64,000 bases of DNA from Kudoa neothunni (taxonomy: Eukaryota; Animalia; Cnidaria): NCBI GenBank assembly GCA_964304625.1, contig OZ199839.1:11314847-11378846 (forward strand), given 5' to 3'. The position numbers and the translations under genes were made by a program. Positions 1-12,853 of the stretch are shown here, one piece after another (positions within the stretch are counted from its first letter, which is position 1; every line of letters starts with the position of its first letter). The notes beneath the pieces are model-generated. The model did no database searches and had not been told where the DNA came from. It saw nothing but the letters and a program-made list of their open reading frames with translations.

Positions 1-220
1 GGGTTGCCTCAGTCGACTGCTCCTCTTTGGAATACAAATGGGAAGACAACAAAGCAGCTCAAATATACGGTCCATTTTCCACAGAACAAATGGCCGAATG
101 GAAGAATAATGGTTTCTTCCAAGCATGTATTTATGTCGAAAAGTGGCGGAACCTGACTCATTTGGAAATGAATCGGATTTCCATTCGAGTGAACGAATCG
201 ATTTTGATTTGTATCTTTAG
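1..220 (+). CDS. CD2BP2: 3' end of CD2BP2/U5-52K-like GYF-domain protein (partial; 1-nt frameshift near 136)
   Basis: EYKWEDNKAAQIYGPFSTEQMAEWKNNGFF matches the GYF-domain signature. From 137 a shifted frame reads RKVAEPDSFGNESDFHSSERIDFDLYL* (stop 218-220), matching the RIDFDLY C-terminus of CD2BP2. Confidence 0.85.
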
Positions 221-328
221 TTTGGTGATAATTTGACCATTTTTGTATATTTTGTTTTCGTTATTTAATATTTCTATTTTTCTTATATAGCTTGTGAATT
301 TTGTATATCTTAAGTTGTTTGAAATTTA

Positions 329-1306
329 CCCTCTAAGGACTTTTGGGGTCCAATGAACTCCACAAGTTTTATGGTCAATATGCATTAAAAATAAATAAAA
401 ATAGCTACACGAGTATTATTCATTTTTGTCACATAAGAATTAGAAATATTCTATGAAATTAATAAATTAATGTTTATTTTTCGTAAGGATTTAATTGTTC
501 ACACGTGAGCGTTAATTAAAATAGATAGGGTAAACCTTCATTTATACGCAAAAATTAAATTATAAAATCATAAAAGTAAATATTATCTAATTAAATGGAT
601 TAATAACTAAATTCAGTCTAGTTGAAATGGAATCTTCCAAAAATTAATATATTTAATTATTTTATCGAAAATTGTGTTTGTGAAAAGATGAAAAGCAATC
701 CAACATTCTTTTGACGCGCTGAGAATAATCGGTTATTGCGCCAGCGGGTTTTCGTGGTATTTCTACGTCGATTCTTGATGTTATCGGCTTATTAAAACCC
801 CACATAATACCACCTTCACTGTTTATTGAGTCTTCAGTAATTCCATATTCCATCGATTCAGTTGACGTCTCAGATGATTCTGTATAGTTTCACTCAAACT
901 CACTTCCTAAAGATTGAAATCCATCAATTTGCTCATCGGTTTCACTCATGTTTAGCGCGGGAAACGAGAGGTCGCGCGTCATTAGTTGAGCAGAATAACA
1001 ATACGCTCTTGAACAATAATTTAGAATATTAATCTTCTATTCAGTTCACTTGAATTATTTGTTCTCAAAACTTAAGACCGTCCAACAACCAACGGTTTTA
1101 TATGACGATTATGTGCGATCCGGCCCGACATAATGCCGACGAGATTATAACAGATTAATTACATAAATGATCGACCGTTTTTTTCAAGTTTAGTTGGCAG
1201 AATTTTTTTAAACTGAACTAAATGGTAGATCTATATTTATTAAGTTAATTCATCAAATAAAAACTGGGGTCTTTTGAGGGTGGTCGTTGTTGCTGACCTT
1301 TGAAGG
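329..1306 (-). mobile_element. Decayed piggyBac-like element
   Basis: Left end TTTA|CCCTCTAAGG and right end CCTTTGAAGG|TTAA form an 8/10 inverted repeat, with subterminal TGGGGTC motifs. A broken acidic ORF on the minus strand (662-950) resembles a PGBD-type N-terminus. Confidence 0.55.
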
Positions 1307-3229
1307 TTAATTGTGATATAAATTAAGCGACATTAACCATCCTAGCGTATTTTTGAATGATGTGGATTGCTGTATTATGTGTTTTGAATATAGTGATATA
1401 ATTATATTCTCTTTCAAAATTTATTTTTCTCTTCAAAATAAGTTTTTTCTATGACAATGAAAATTTTGAACGTAGTGAATAGTTAGTTTACTATATAACG
1501 AAGATACTGGTAATTATAAAGCCTGACATCTGAAAAACAACCTTTTGCGCATCTTTATTATCGCCAACCTTTTACGATTCTTTTTAACAAAATAAATAAA
1601 TAAATATGAGGAGAAAAAGTTCAGCTTCAAAAACTAACTTCTAAATCTTAACCAAATCGTACTTCGAGTGATATCGTCCACGCGTGTAATCTTCTTTATG
1701 TTTACAAAAACTTGTCAGTTTCATTATTCGTCACATATTTGATGACATTAGTTATATAAAATCACTTCAATTATTTTTCAAGATAATTATTTACCTAATG
1801 GGAGTTTAAATGCTCTATTTAATTTTGTTACATTTTACAAATTGAGCAAATCAATTTGTTCATATCCGATCGGTGAAATGTAAATCTCATTGAGATTTCT
1901 TATCTTAAAACAAGATTTTTAGTTTATAATTTTTTTTTGTAAATTTATATTCACTGGATAAAGTTATATGACTGAATTGCTTTGAAAATGCGATCATGAA
2001 AAATTTAAATATTGTTTAACTTTTAAAGTTTGCATTTAAACTCGTCCATTATTTTCTAAAAAAATTATAAACTGTTATGTTTGTCATAACACAATAAACA
2101 TAGTACAGCCTTTATCAAAATTTAAAATAGACGGTTTTTAAGGTTATTTAGATAAATCCAATAAAGGTGACAGCGCATTATATCAAATTTTTTAGACCAC
2201 TCTCTTTGAGTAAATGCAGCAAATCTGAAATTTGGAAATAAACATGTTTTAATACTATTTAATAATTGATTTTATGTAAATATAACATTTGGTCGAGAAT
2301 TTGAATATAGAATTATTCAAGTGTCACTAATTAACTACATAATTTTTTGAATTTTTCGTCAGATGATCCTTATCTGATTTTTAAACCTCCATGTTAGTGA
2401 ATTCAAAAAAAAATCTTCCGCTATAAAAAATTTTCTCTGGTATTTTTTAAAGATATTCAGCTGACAGATTTTCTAAGTGTGCACAAATATTTAACTATTT
2501 TAATATAAAAATTATTGATTTTTTAAAATTTTGCTTTAACTCAATTCAAAAAATGTTGTGTTGAAAATATTAGTTTATCTAATAAATCCCTAAATAAATA
2601 ACATATTGTTATTGGGATAGTTTATTTGTCCATTTGTGGTAACATCGACTTTTTGAACATGGAAAAAAGGCTAAAATATGAATATTCCCAAAAAGAGATT
2701 TATAATAATCTAACTAAAACAACGATAAATTGTTTGTAAAATGTTTTTGAGAAGGTTTATTTCTTCACCCATGATAAATCGATACCATTCTTCAATAAGG
2801 TATTCCTCAAGATGTAATAATGATACCTCATTTTATGTGAATAAATTTTGTTTTTAGCCTCTCCCAGCATTCTTCTATAGTATTTGTGTGGGAACCATTC
2901 TGCACGTATCCTTTCGTGTGGTTGACCTTAACATGATAATAAACAAGCTCACGTATACCATTATAGACGAGCCATCCGTCAATGGATAGGGGTGACCCTT
3001 TTTGGATTTCTCTTTTGATGATAGGCGAAATTTATTTATTTTTCGATGGGTGATTGGCAGAGTTTTCGCATTTTTTTCAAACATGCTCAAACTGTTGACA
3101 ACCTTATCATTTTTGAGGTAGTTAAAATGGTCTCATTCATACACCAAAGACATAATATTTTATAGTTATCCAATAAAAATTTAAAAAAATAGAATAAACA
3201 ACGATATACAAACAAAATATACACTTTGC

Positions 3230-4094
3230 CGAATATACTTAGCGCTGATAGAACTGTCGCAAAAATAAGACGATCTAGTTTAAATTACGATTGTATACTA
3301 ATTTTATATTTGAATATATCGATTTTATCGACACACTTGGTGCTTTTGGGGTCAATTTGACCTCAGGGTTTTTATTGCTTCGAATGATAATAGAATATTT
3401 AAAGAGACGAACAGTTGAGTTAGATTAAATTCTACAGGAAGAATACTGAGAAAATAAGGAAAAAATGTAAACGAGATCATACGACGCGCTGACACGGATG
3501 GATCCGTTTTACCGCGCCGCTCGCACGAATTTACACGAAACATGTTGGCAAAAGCCCAAGGAAGGTTTTGACGGGATTTTTCTCATTGACTATGAGAGCG
3601 ATTCTAACGGAATATTTATGTCACTTATTTTAATTATCGAAAATCAAGTTCTAGTGGGTCTGACGATAAAGATTGGGGTTTGAGTGTGTTTTGCCAGAAG
3701 ACTAATATTTATGGCTTAAATTATATCCAAAGGGGGATATAAAATAAATTCATATTGTGTTTACGTGTGATTTGAACTGGATTAATGTGGTTAAGTGATA
3801 ATTTTTATCTTTTCCCTGCGTTGAGCGGATTACGTTTAAGTGGCCTACCAATTGTAGGAAACTAATTCGTTACGATAAACTCCAAGTCGACAAAAATACT
3901 GTTGGCGCCAACAAATTCGAACTACTTTGTATACATGCAGTGTAAACAAAGGCGGAAATTTGTCGATAAATTTTCATTTAATTTTACATATGATTAAATA
4001 ACTATTTATTGTTTTTAACGATACAATAACAGTCTGGGGTCAATTTGACCCCAAAAGCACCAGGTGTATAGACGATTTTGTGGCGCTCGGAAGG
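3230..4094. mobile_element. piggyBac-like non-autonomous element, same family as 23537-25111; left boundary approximate
   Basis: Inverted internal repeats ACACTTGGTGCTTTTGGGGTCAATTTGACCTCAG (about 3332-3367) and CTGGGGTCAATTTGACCCCAAAAGCACCAGGTGT (about 4034-4067). The right terminus GCGCTCGGAAGG|TTAC resembles the TIR TGCTCGGAGGG|TTAA of the 23537 element. Confidence 0.6.
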
Positions 4095-4249
4095 TTACCT
4101 GAATACTTGTTTGACGCTTAGTGAATGAATTGTTTAAAAGTTTTCCACTATTTTTATACAGATCTAATAACTGTTGTAATATAGACTAATTAAAAAAATT
4201 TTGTTCTAATTTATAAAGACAATACAAAAGCTAAATATAATAATAATGT

Positions 4250-4814
4250 TTAATAATTGTCCACATTATAAATATCAGATCTATCGACGATAGTCTTCAG
4301 ATTGGATTGTGAATTTTTTAAATTGGTATTAGCATTATCAGGTGGAGAGGTGTTTTCAATTGTAAATGTGTCTTCTATCTGCCAAATATTAGTTAGATTT
4401 TTCAGGCGTTTGTTTTCAACCGATTCAAGCTTTTTTCTTTTACGTGCTTTATCAGCTTTAAGTTTGGCTTTCGCTTCAGTGTATATTTTGGAATCGACAT
4501 CCCTATTTAGAACACGCTCTAGTTGTTGTTTCCCAATATCGATATTTGTTTGGAGTAATCGAGTAGAACAACACTAAAAGTTGTTCAGAATGAAAGAAAT
4601 ACAAATTAAGTTGTTATCCACAGCCTACCCTAACAGTGACTCCTGTTGCAGGATCAGTAATTTGAGCAGTATTTTTAATAGTATTGCGTTTGCTGCCTCC
4701 GTGTCCGGTACCTTTTATTGGTTTAATTATCAATTTTGATTCATCGATAGTTATTCTGTCACAAAGATATCGAACTACAAATGTATGCGATAAAAGTTTT
4801 TTAACTGAATTCAT
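4250..4814 (-). CDS. MTRFR: Mitochondrial class-1 release-factor-family rescue protein (C12orf65/MTRFR-like), about 169 aa, 2 exons, GGQ replaced by GGS
   Basis: Exons 4814-4629 and 4573-4250 with a 55-nt GT-AG intron. The product is MNSVKKLLSHTFVVRYLCDR (presequence-like), then IDESKLIIKPIKGTGHGGSKRNTIKNTAQITDPATGVTVRCCSTRLLQTNIDIGKQQL, then a Lys-rich helix (AKAKLKADKARKRKK). This is colinear with the C12orf65 pattern LDE...GxGPGGQ..N...GIVVKC..TR...N plus its basic C-terminal helix. Confidence 0.75.
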
Positions 4815-5775
4815 ACTGCGCATGCGATGTCGCAATAAATGATGACGCAAGATGAGGCTGTTTTTCTAGCTCACTATGAATCTGTTGGTCAGTTTGTCAA
4901 AATGAATGCATTTATATCTCAAGAATTATGTGCTGAAAGCGACAACGAATCTCTTTTCGACCAAATCACCCAATTAAGATTGAAAATAAAAAATTTATTG
5001 AACTACTAATAGATTGTTTTTTTTATATTTTTTTAATTTTGTATGAATTTGGTCAAAGCATCTAAATATTGTTTATTACAATTTCCAGAAATAAAAAGAT
5101 TCGGTTTCTAGCAAAACCAAATTATAAATACAATAAACATTTAATGATAATTTCTGTGAACTTGAAAAAATTCTGAACGGTTTTTAAATTTGTAAGCAAG
5201 TTAATTTTAGAATTATTACGAAATAGTTGGTATTGCAAAATACAAGTTTATTTTTTATTACAACCGGCGAGAGAAAATTTTTAAAAAATTCCCCATTTAT
5301 TGTTATATTCAAATATATTTTAATTTAATCATTCATAAAAGTTCACAATATTATGTTTAAGATTTTTAATAGTTAGAAAATAATAGTGAATACTCCTAAA
5401 TAGTTTAAAAGTCGCTACTCAGCTTTAATCTTATTGTAGGTCGAATTAAAATCTAATCGGGCCTACATCCTAAATCCACACTCTCATTGAATTTTGCTGA
5501 TCGCAATAATATTGAAAGAAGATTAAATGGATAATTTGTTGGGAAGGATTCGAGATTGATTGATTAATTATTTACATAGGAATAGCTGAAGCGTTTGTAC
5601 AGGAATAAGAGAGAATTGATTGAGGGAAAGTCGAAACTACTAACATCCTTCTCTCGTTGCTGACTAGAATCTACCAAAAAACAAGTACTGTTTAGTGGTG
5701 GATAATCAATCGGTTTTAACGAGTGTAAAATCGAACCTATTTTCAAATCAAAACAATTCTTTACACAGCATAGTC

Positions 5776-8700
5776 ATGTTTGCAAGCGAAAGTCAAACCA
5801 TTTTTCAGAATAGCACCAACATTTATATGGCTGTTGAGACGATCGATCCACATAACGACAATCTTGCTTGTGGGAACACGACTTTAATTCAACGAAACGA
5901 ATTACTCATGTTGACCACTTCATTGAACACAGCGGACGAGATGGTAGAGGTCAGAAATCTGATCACCTCCAAACACTGCCACGTTCTCAACGATCATATG
6001 GTCAGTTTCAACAGGAATTCGTGGAATGATGCCAAAATGATGGGTCACCCCTTCTACCGTGAGAACAACCATTTGTTTGGGTTTTTCAAGGCTACCAAAC
6101 CAATTTACTGTTACAACTGTTGTGATTATATATGGGGGAAATTCCACCAAACCGCTATCTGTTATTGTACATATTATCTTTTATTTTGTTAGCTTTGAAT
6201 AATTACTTAAAGTTTGTGGCGTCACCTTCCATCGACACCATTGTATGAATATTTCAGGTATACTTTGCGACAAGAATGAACAACTGAATTGCATAGATTA
6301 TGCAAATGTTATGAAGGTGAATTTTATTATTTTGTATGTGCTCTACAGTTGGTACTTACAGCCTATCGATCAATGGAGCAATAGAGATATTGTGGAGTGG
6401 ATGTTTGCCGCGAAATTCTCCCTCCTTGTAGAGCACATGATCAATGCCGATCTCAACGGGAATTCCTATATACATTATGAAAAAGACGCCTTTTTTGTAA
6501 TTTATATGATGTAAAAGATTGTAAATCAATGAATGGCAAATTTTCTGACAGAAACAGTTTTGTATTGAACCCTCAGAAAGTACTAACAATTTCTACAGTG
6601 CATTGGAATACTTGAATGGAGCCAAGTCTAACAAAAAAGTAAATATTCACTTTAAATTTGGTGATTTGATTGGGGTAGATCTTAGACGGGGTGACCACTG
6701 ATCTAGTTAATAACAATCATACCAAATTAACCAACCACAATGTGTATCCGTACAGTTTTGTTGGTGAGGTCATATGTGAAGCGTGTGAATATCCACTATT
6801 TGGCTACCATGACCAAGGTCTCCTATGTATAGGTAAATCAACTGTTTCAGTATGGTCAGTAATGTAATGACAGAGTGTATGAATTGTTTCCACAACTGGT
6901 GCTATTATGGTTGTTGTTCAATCGAATGCAAATCCAATGTTGATGCAAAAAACAAAGGTGGTTACATTTTATTCTTCCATCCTAGTTGTTTTCAAATATA
7001 ACGGAAATATCACACTTGATAGGCGTCATTATCTCTTCCATTTTGTTGAATAATGTGCCATCAGAACTGGCTGTTGAGTTAATAGAGAATATTCTTGCTA
7101 TTCTATCAACAACCAAATACAAATATAGCTGTTTGCCCCGACACATAACCACATGGGGTAACCCCATGTATGTCGAATTTGTAAGGAAAATATTTGAAGG
7201 TGGTTTTTAATAGTGAAAATTGATGATGTTGTTAACATGTGAGGTAATTTTAGAAGATCATTTGAACACTTCAAAGAATCTCCCCTCGAATAGATTGTCC
7301 ACATTTGTTTGCTTCCTCAATATGCTTTTATTCTTAATAGTAATCTTACCAAGACAACCAGGAACAAAAAGCGATTTCAATTATCTTTATTACGAATCGT
7401 GTGTTGGATCTGTTGGTATTGGCGTCGCCAACAAAATGGATCCAACCAAACTGAATTCAATGTTGTCACAACAGATTGACGATTTGACCGGTGAGCGAAG
7501 GACAATCTTATCTAAAGTGTCGAAACATTTCTTAAAGTGAGTGCGACATGATGTTTGACGATTTACCACAACATTCTTTAGAGTAAACAACGTTATCGGC
7601 ATCCAGCCATTTATATCAATATTTGCTATCCCATTGTTTACACCTCCGGCCAAATATTTCAAGTAATAAAGTTGTTAGTTTTTGATGTAAATTAGAATCT
7701 TGTTATCTTAGATGTTTCAGTTTGATTTATTCGAATTCGGGAGCTCTTCTAGAAGAATTTATCAACAATAGTATTCCATGTTATTACATTTCATTTATGT
7801 GTTTTGTTACAGAGATTATAAATCTTGAGCGTAAAATTGCCACAAACACCCAAATGAAAGAAAATGTCATAGAATATAAACGATGGTATTGGGGTCCAAT
7901 TGACAGGTGATAAGTTTAAGCTATGTTTCCGTCTAATAATACAAAACTGCAGAAACGATGCGATGAAATTATTGTCTCGACAGGTGGATCATAGTTTCAT
8001 CGTGAAAACCAACCGAAAACCGAATAGTTACACCTTATTAGTTCGGTATTTAGAGTTTATGACAATTTCTGAGATATCCATTGATTAGGGTCCATAATAA
8101 AACCAAGTCTATTGAACTTATTCGAAATCTCAAGGGGGGTGGATTCCAATTAAATCTACCTGATCAAAGTACGTTTGAGAATTTAAACGACCTCATCAAC
8201 CATTTCAACACCAATCCTATCAAGTATTCAACACATGAAAGCGTGCCAGAATTGTACTTAAAATATCCAGCTATTTCAAATGTAATAAATTTGTGACGAG
8301 TTACAACTATATATCTATTTAGAACACTGCATCACCTGTAAACAACAGCAATGATAAGTATACTCTAGAAAAACAACTTAAATCACTTACTATCAATTTA
8401 CGTTCGTTAAAAAATGAAGAAGAAACCATTAAGAACGTAATCCAACCACCATTTAACGATAAATTAAATCCAAATCATTTTCGGAATACTAGAATTTGAA
8501 CGAAATGAACATGTCACTGATGTGTGAGGAAAGGTTTTATGAATTTATACAAGATCATGTCAAGTTAAATGAGAATGTCATAAAATCCACAAGCGAATCC
8601 AATCACATTATTCTCAATAATGAGAAAAGCAAACAGGCTCTTTCAAAAAATGAAGTGTACGTTGTTAATCTTAGAGAAAACTCTAAATCCGCTATCAACG

Positions 8701-9356
8701 ATCTTCGAGCTGAAACGACCATTCTGATCGAAAATGAGACTAGAATTAAGAAAAAATGCCAAACAATCATGCATTCTATTGAAAATATTAAAGCGTTATT
8801 GTATAATTTGTCGCACATAATTTTGGAGCTCATAATATAAATTATATATTTAGAGGGGACAATTATAGCCCGCAACACAGCAACGATAATCTCAATTGTG
8901 AATGGTATGGAGGAGATATTAGCAAGTAGATGTGGTGACAGAGTGCTCGCAAATGCTATAATGCGAATTATTTTAGAGAGGAAGTAAAGAAAATTTTTTA
9001 CAATCTACCAGATGGATCTTTCCTTGTGCGTAGTAGTGATCGTGATCTCACACAAAATGTCATTTCTATCAAGTTACTTCTATATATGCAATCATAAACT
9101 TTTAAAAAAGATATCACATGCTTTAGAATGAAGGATAAAGTGATGCATTACAACATCGAATACCAAAATGACCTCTACTGCATCATAGGAAATTCGAGAC
9201 GGTTCGAATCTATTAGCAGCATGATTAATTACTACAAGGAAAATGATATTGATGGTAAATCGTGGGCCCACATGATATTTTTAAATTTTAATAGAGAATT
9301 TCCATTTGAAACTGTTACACCCAGTAGATACACGAAAAAACGATCTTTTATATTGA
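5776..9356 (+). CDS. Class IA PI3K regulatory subunit (p85-like), multi-exon: degenerate SH3, C1, SAM, C1, RhoGAP/BH-like, nSH2, iSH2 coiled coil, cSH2
   Basis: C1a HLFGFFKATKPIYCYNC...FCGVTFHRHHC; SAM-like PIDQWSNRDIVEWM; C1b HNVYPYSFVGEVICEAC...ECMNCFHNWC; nSH2 WYWGPIDR...FIVK...LKYPA; coiled coil at about 8320-8870; cSH2 DGSFLVRSS...LKLLHPV; stop at 9354-9356. The start codon is tentative. Confidence 0.85.
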
Positions 9357-9504
9357 GATACACGTTCTATTATAACCAAATTTTAAGAGTCATGATTTTT
9401 TATATTATATCCCATTTTTCTCATAACAATGTGAACTATTTTTTAAATTTAACTATGGTTTATTTTGATAAAATTGATCTAAATAAATTAGGAACTTGGT
9501 AACT

Positions 9505-9548
9505 TCATATTCATATTCATATTCACATTCACATTCATATTCATATTC
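9505..9548. repeat. (ATTCAT/ATTCAC)n hexamer microsatellite
   Basis: Read directly; about 7 units. Confidence 0.9.
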
Positions 9549-10589
9549 GTAAAGGATTTCCACGCATTTTCCAGAGGATAATGAAAAAATAAATTGCTCA
9601 TCATTGATTTTAAAAACTTAGACATTGATAATAAAGTTTTTAACATTTTTTTTAGAAGCACATTTCCACATGACTAAGGCATGGTTCCAGTTTCGAATGT
9701 AAGTCGAATGACTAATGGATAGTGTTATATCCAAGTCAAATCTATTTTTATTAACTCAAAATATCTATGAACGCATGATATGGGATTTTCAATTAAAATT
9801 AATATCCAAAAAATTAATAGTTTTAGGTCAAGTGAAATTTTAGAAAGTGATACTAATTGACATTCTTATTAATGATAAAATAGAGGTTTCACCAAATACA
9901 ACCGGAACCGGGTACAAAACAATTGAATGTAACGAGTTGTTATTTCATTTATTTTTTCCGATATGGCTTGCAATGTTTGTCTGCCTCGACCAATCAAACA
10001 AAATTTGTTAATGGTGGATTATTGGAAACCTTCAAATACCTCTTCAGTTGGTTATTTTAGTTTTTTTCTTTTAAAATCTTTGATGATAAATCAAAAAACA
10101 TTGAGGGCAATGATTAAGCTCCAAAGGATAATTTCTAAGTTTTAAACAAAATCTTGTTCCATCCCTTTACATGTAATCCCTATCGTTTTGTAGTAAACGC
10201 CAAAAATACTCGATTCTTCGCTTATTTTAACATGAAAATTTAACACGAAAATTTATTATAAATATTAATTATATTTTTTGTATTTTCAAAGTAAATATAA
10301 AATGTTACATCTTCATATATATATTAGGTTTGACGAATTACTAACAAGAAAATTAACTTTCTTGGTTACCAACTATTCTAAAAACCTTTTAGAAGGTAAA
10401 GCGGCATCCGTAATAATATTTCCCAGTTTATACATTTTTTTGGCAGCTTTGTTTTTGTTGAGAAATATTCTACAGATCAAATACTTTCGTAATTGAAATT
10501 TATTACAACTATACTTGTTATAATTTAATATTTTGAGCTAATTTAAGTATTCCGTTACCTTTTTAATGTAGTGAGGATACATTGAAATA

Positions 10590-11305
10590 CAGTAAGAAAC
10601 CAATTTCACGTAATCCCCTCGGGCCCAAAGAAAAAAGTGCGTAAAACCGGTTTGAATAATTACATGCCCACGCGCGCAGTTATTCAGAAAAAATTGGCGT
10701 TCAATAATGATTAAATTGCGTTTATAAAGGTTAATTAACTACATATTAATTTTTAAAAAATAATTAAAACAACGAAACTTTCCACGAATTGCACAATTGC
10801 ACAGCTGCACAGGAAGGTAAACCTTTTTCTTTGGCTAATTGATTCCTCTTGATGATTATCGTGACGACGCTTACTACAACCTTTTTGCTTCGTGTCCACC
10901 CAATCCACTCATATACATCTTCATCAACAGAATTAAATTGTCCTGCATGAAAATAATTTCTATTTTTAGATTCAAAATTTACACGTTTTGATTATTTTAT
11001 TTTTCATCTCTAGGATGCCATTAGGAGTCGAGATAATAGATACTTTAATATGTGATACAATGGCAGTTTTATGGCATTAAATATTGACTTAACTAAATAA
11101 TAAACAAGAAGTACACGGAAAAAGTGCGTGAAATTGGTCAATCACGTGACTTTCACATACGTTATTTAGCAACTTTTTAAAATTATTTTTATAAAAATTT
11201 TGATCGAAATATTATAAGAAACATATTTTATAAAACAACGACCAATCAATATTCTAACTAAATAGGTTTTTAAAATGTGCGTGAAATTGGCTACTTACTT
11301 TACTG
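10590..11305. mobile_element. Tc1/mariner-pogo-type MITE
   Basis: TA|CAGTAAGAAACCAATTTCACG at the left end and CGTGAAATTGGCTACTTACTTTACTG|TA at the right end give imperfect TIRs with TA flanks. The motif GTGCGTGAAATTGG recurs internally. Confidence 0.7.
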
Positions 11306-11323
11306 TACAACCAAACTGTACTA

Positions 11324-12714
11324 TCTATCCTAATATACAAAGCCGTAGTGCCCACGTGTCTGTCTGTCTGTCATTGTGTGTTAACGAATTCATATTCTTA
11401 TAGGAAAACTTTGTTGAACATTTAAAATTATTTTTATACTTTAAAAAATACAAAAATATAACGGGATTGTCTGTTTGCTTATAAAGTGGTGAATTGGTAG
11501 TGTCAACATTGTGCAAACAGATTACAGCTGGCAATAATAAGATTATTCCGTCATGTGACTTTCAATACAATAAAGTTATGGGTGTTGATAACTTAAACTT
11601 TTAGCTGGTATATACAATTGTAATTTTAAATATTATTTTTTCATTCTTTGAATGTAGTAAGGACGATCTACAACATTTGTTTTTGCGAAGGGGGGTGACT
11701 CGGTGTAAACGAAGATTTATTGTTTTAACGAGAGATTAATTATGGTGGAAAAATTGTGTATTATTCACATTTAATTAGCGCAAAAAATGTTCATTATTTT
11801 TATGAAATTTTAAATTAAAGTTATCACGTTTTCTTTAAATGCGATACCATTAAAAAACTTGTAGAATAGGTGGTTCAATGACGGGTTAGTTAATGCGATT
11901 AATACGCCACACGAATTGTAAGAACTTTTGATTTCTGAATGTAGATTTAGTCTACTGCAGGGAGAAATAAACAGATGGGTTATTACTGTTTATTTAGATT
12001 AACGCTATCGATAACAGAGTGATATTGAGGTTTAAATTTTCGTTCAATAATATAATCGACGGGCCTATTGGAAGATAAAGATTATTTTTATTCTTTCTAG
12101 TTTTTCTAAATAAATAATTCACTTTTACGAGAAGCCACTCATGTGGCACCGGTAGAATATTTGTTTTACATAACGAATTATGAATTTATACAGTTTAGAC
12201 GGATGTTACACAATAACTTATGGGTAGTACGTAATATCGCAATAAAACATAAATCAATCTATATCTAGAAAATTTAACTCACAAAATATAAACTTGATAA
12301 TATTAGTAACATATAACTTCAATTTTACTTTCGAAAAATTACATTATCAATGGTTTTTATGCATTTTATGTGTCGTGGGCAATTACGGCTCGTGCGTAAT
12401 GATTTTGATTTTCTCTTTGATTACGCACGACACTTAAGTCATTGTATATAAGGAATAGCAGATTCTTTTAATTTTTCAATGATTTTTTTAAATTTAAATC
12501 AGCCCACTCCCGGACAAAGCCGGGGTTGTCGATAAGACTAAAATTTTTATTTTACTTAACAAGATCTTCAATATGATGATACTATAAAAAAATTAAGAAG
12601 TTATTCTGCTCAGAAAATAGTAATATAAGAGTTTAATATTTTTAAAAATTTTTCTAGACTTATTTTCAATTTGAATTGACCCACTCCCGGGCAAAACCAG
12701 GGTTTTCGCTCTAG
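11324..12714 (+). mobile_element. Non-autonomous Helitron
   Basis: 5' end A|TCTATCCTAATATACAAAG followed by (GTCT)n. 3' end has the hairpin CCCGGGCAAAACCAGGG, then CTAG|T. The A/T insertion site has no TSD. Faint Pif1-like remnants (DGLVN near 11880). Confidence 0.75.
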
Positions 12715-12853
12715 TTTTATCATATATTGTTGAACAATGAGTTATTGCCTTTGTGTGATGCTGGATTTTAAATAATACGATTACTGCTCAATAGAAAGCT
12801 AATCTTGAAAAAACCGAGGTAATTGAAAAACAAGTTTAATCCACAACACAACA

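Noticed and set aside
1337-3200. Coding-like fragments and a TTAACCATCCTAGCG piggyBac-like end near 1333
   Set aside because: I could establish no consistent frame, diagnostic motif or confident partner end.
4302-4577. 91-aa hydrophobic plus-strand ORF
   Set aside because: It is the antisense shadow of the Lys-rich exon 2 of the MTRFR-like gene.
4250-4814. Assigning the window to a mitochondrial-genome-less species because of the GGS motif
   Set aside because: The species cannot be determined from this window, and the gene is intact with a presequence-like N-terminus.
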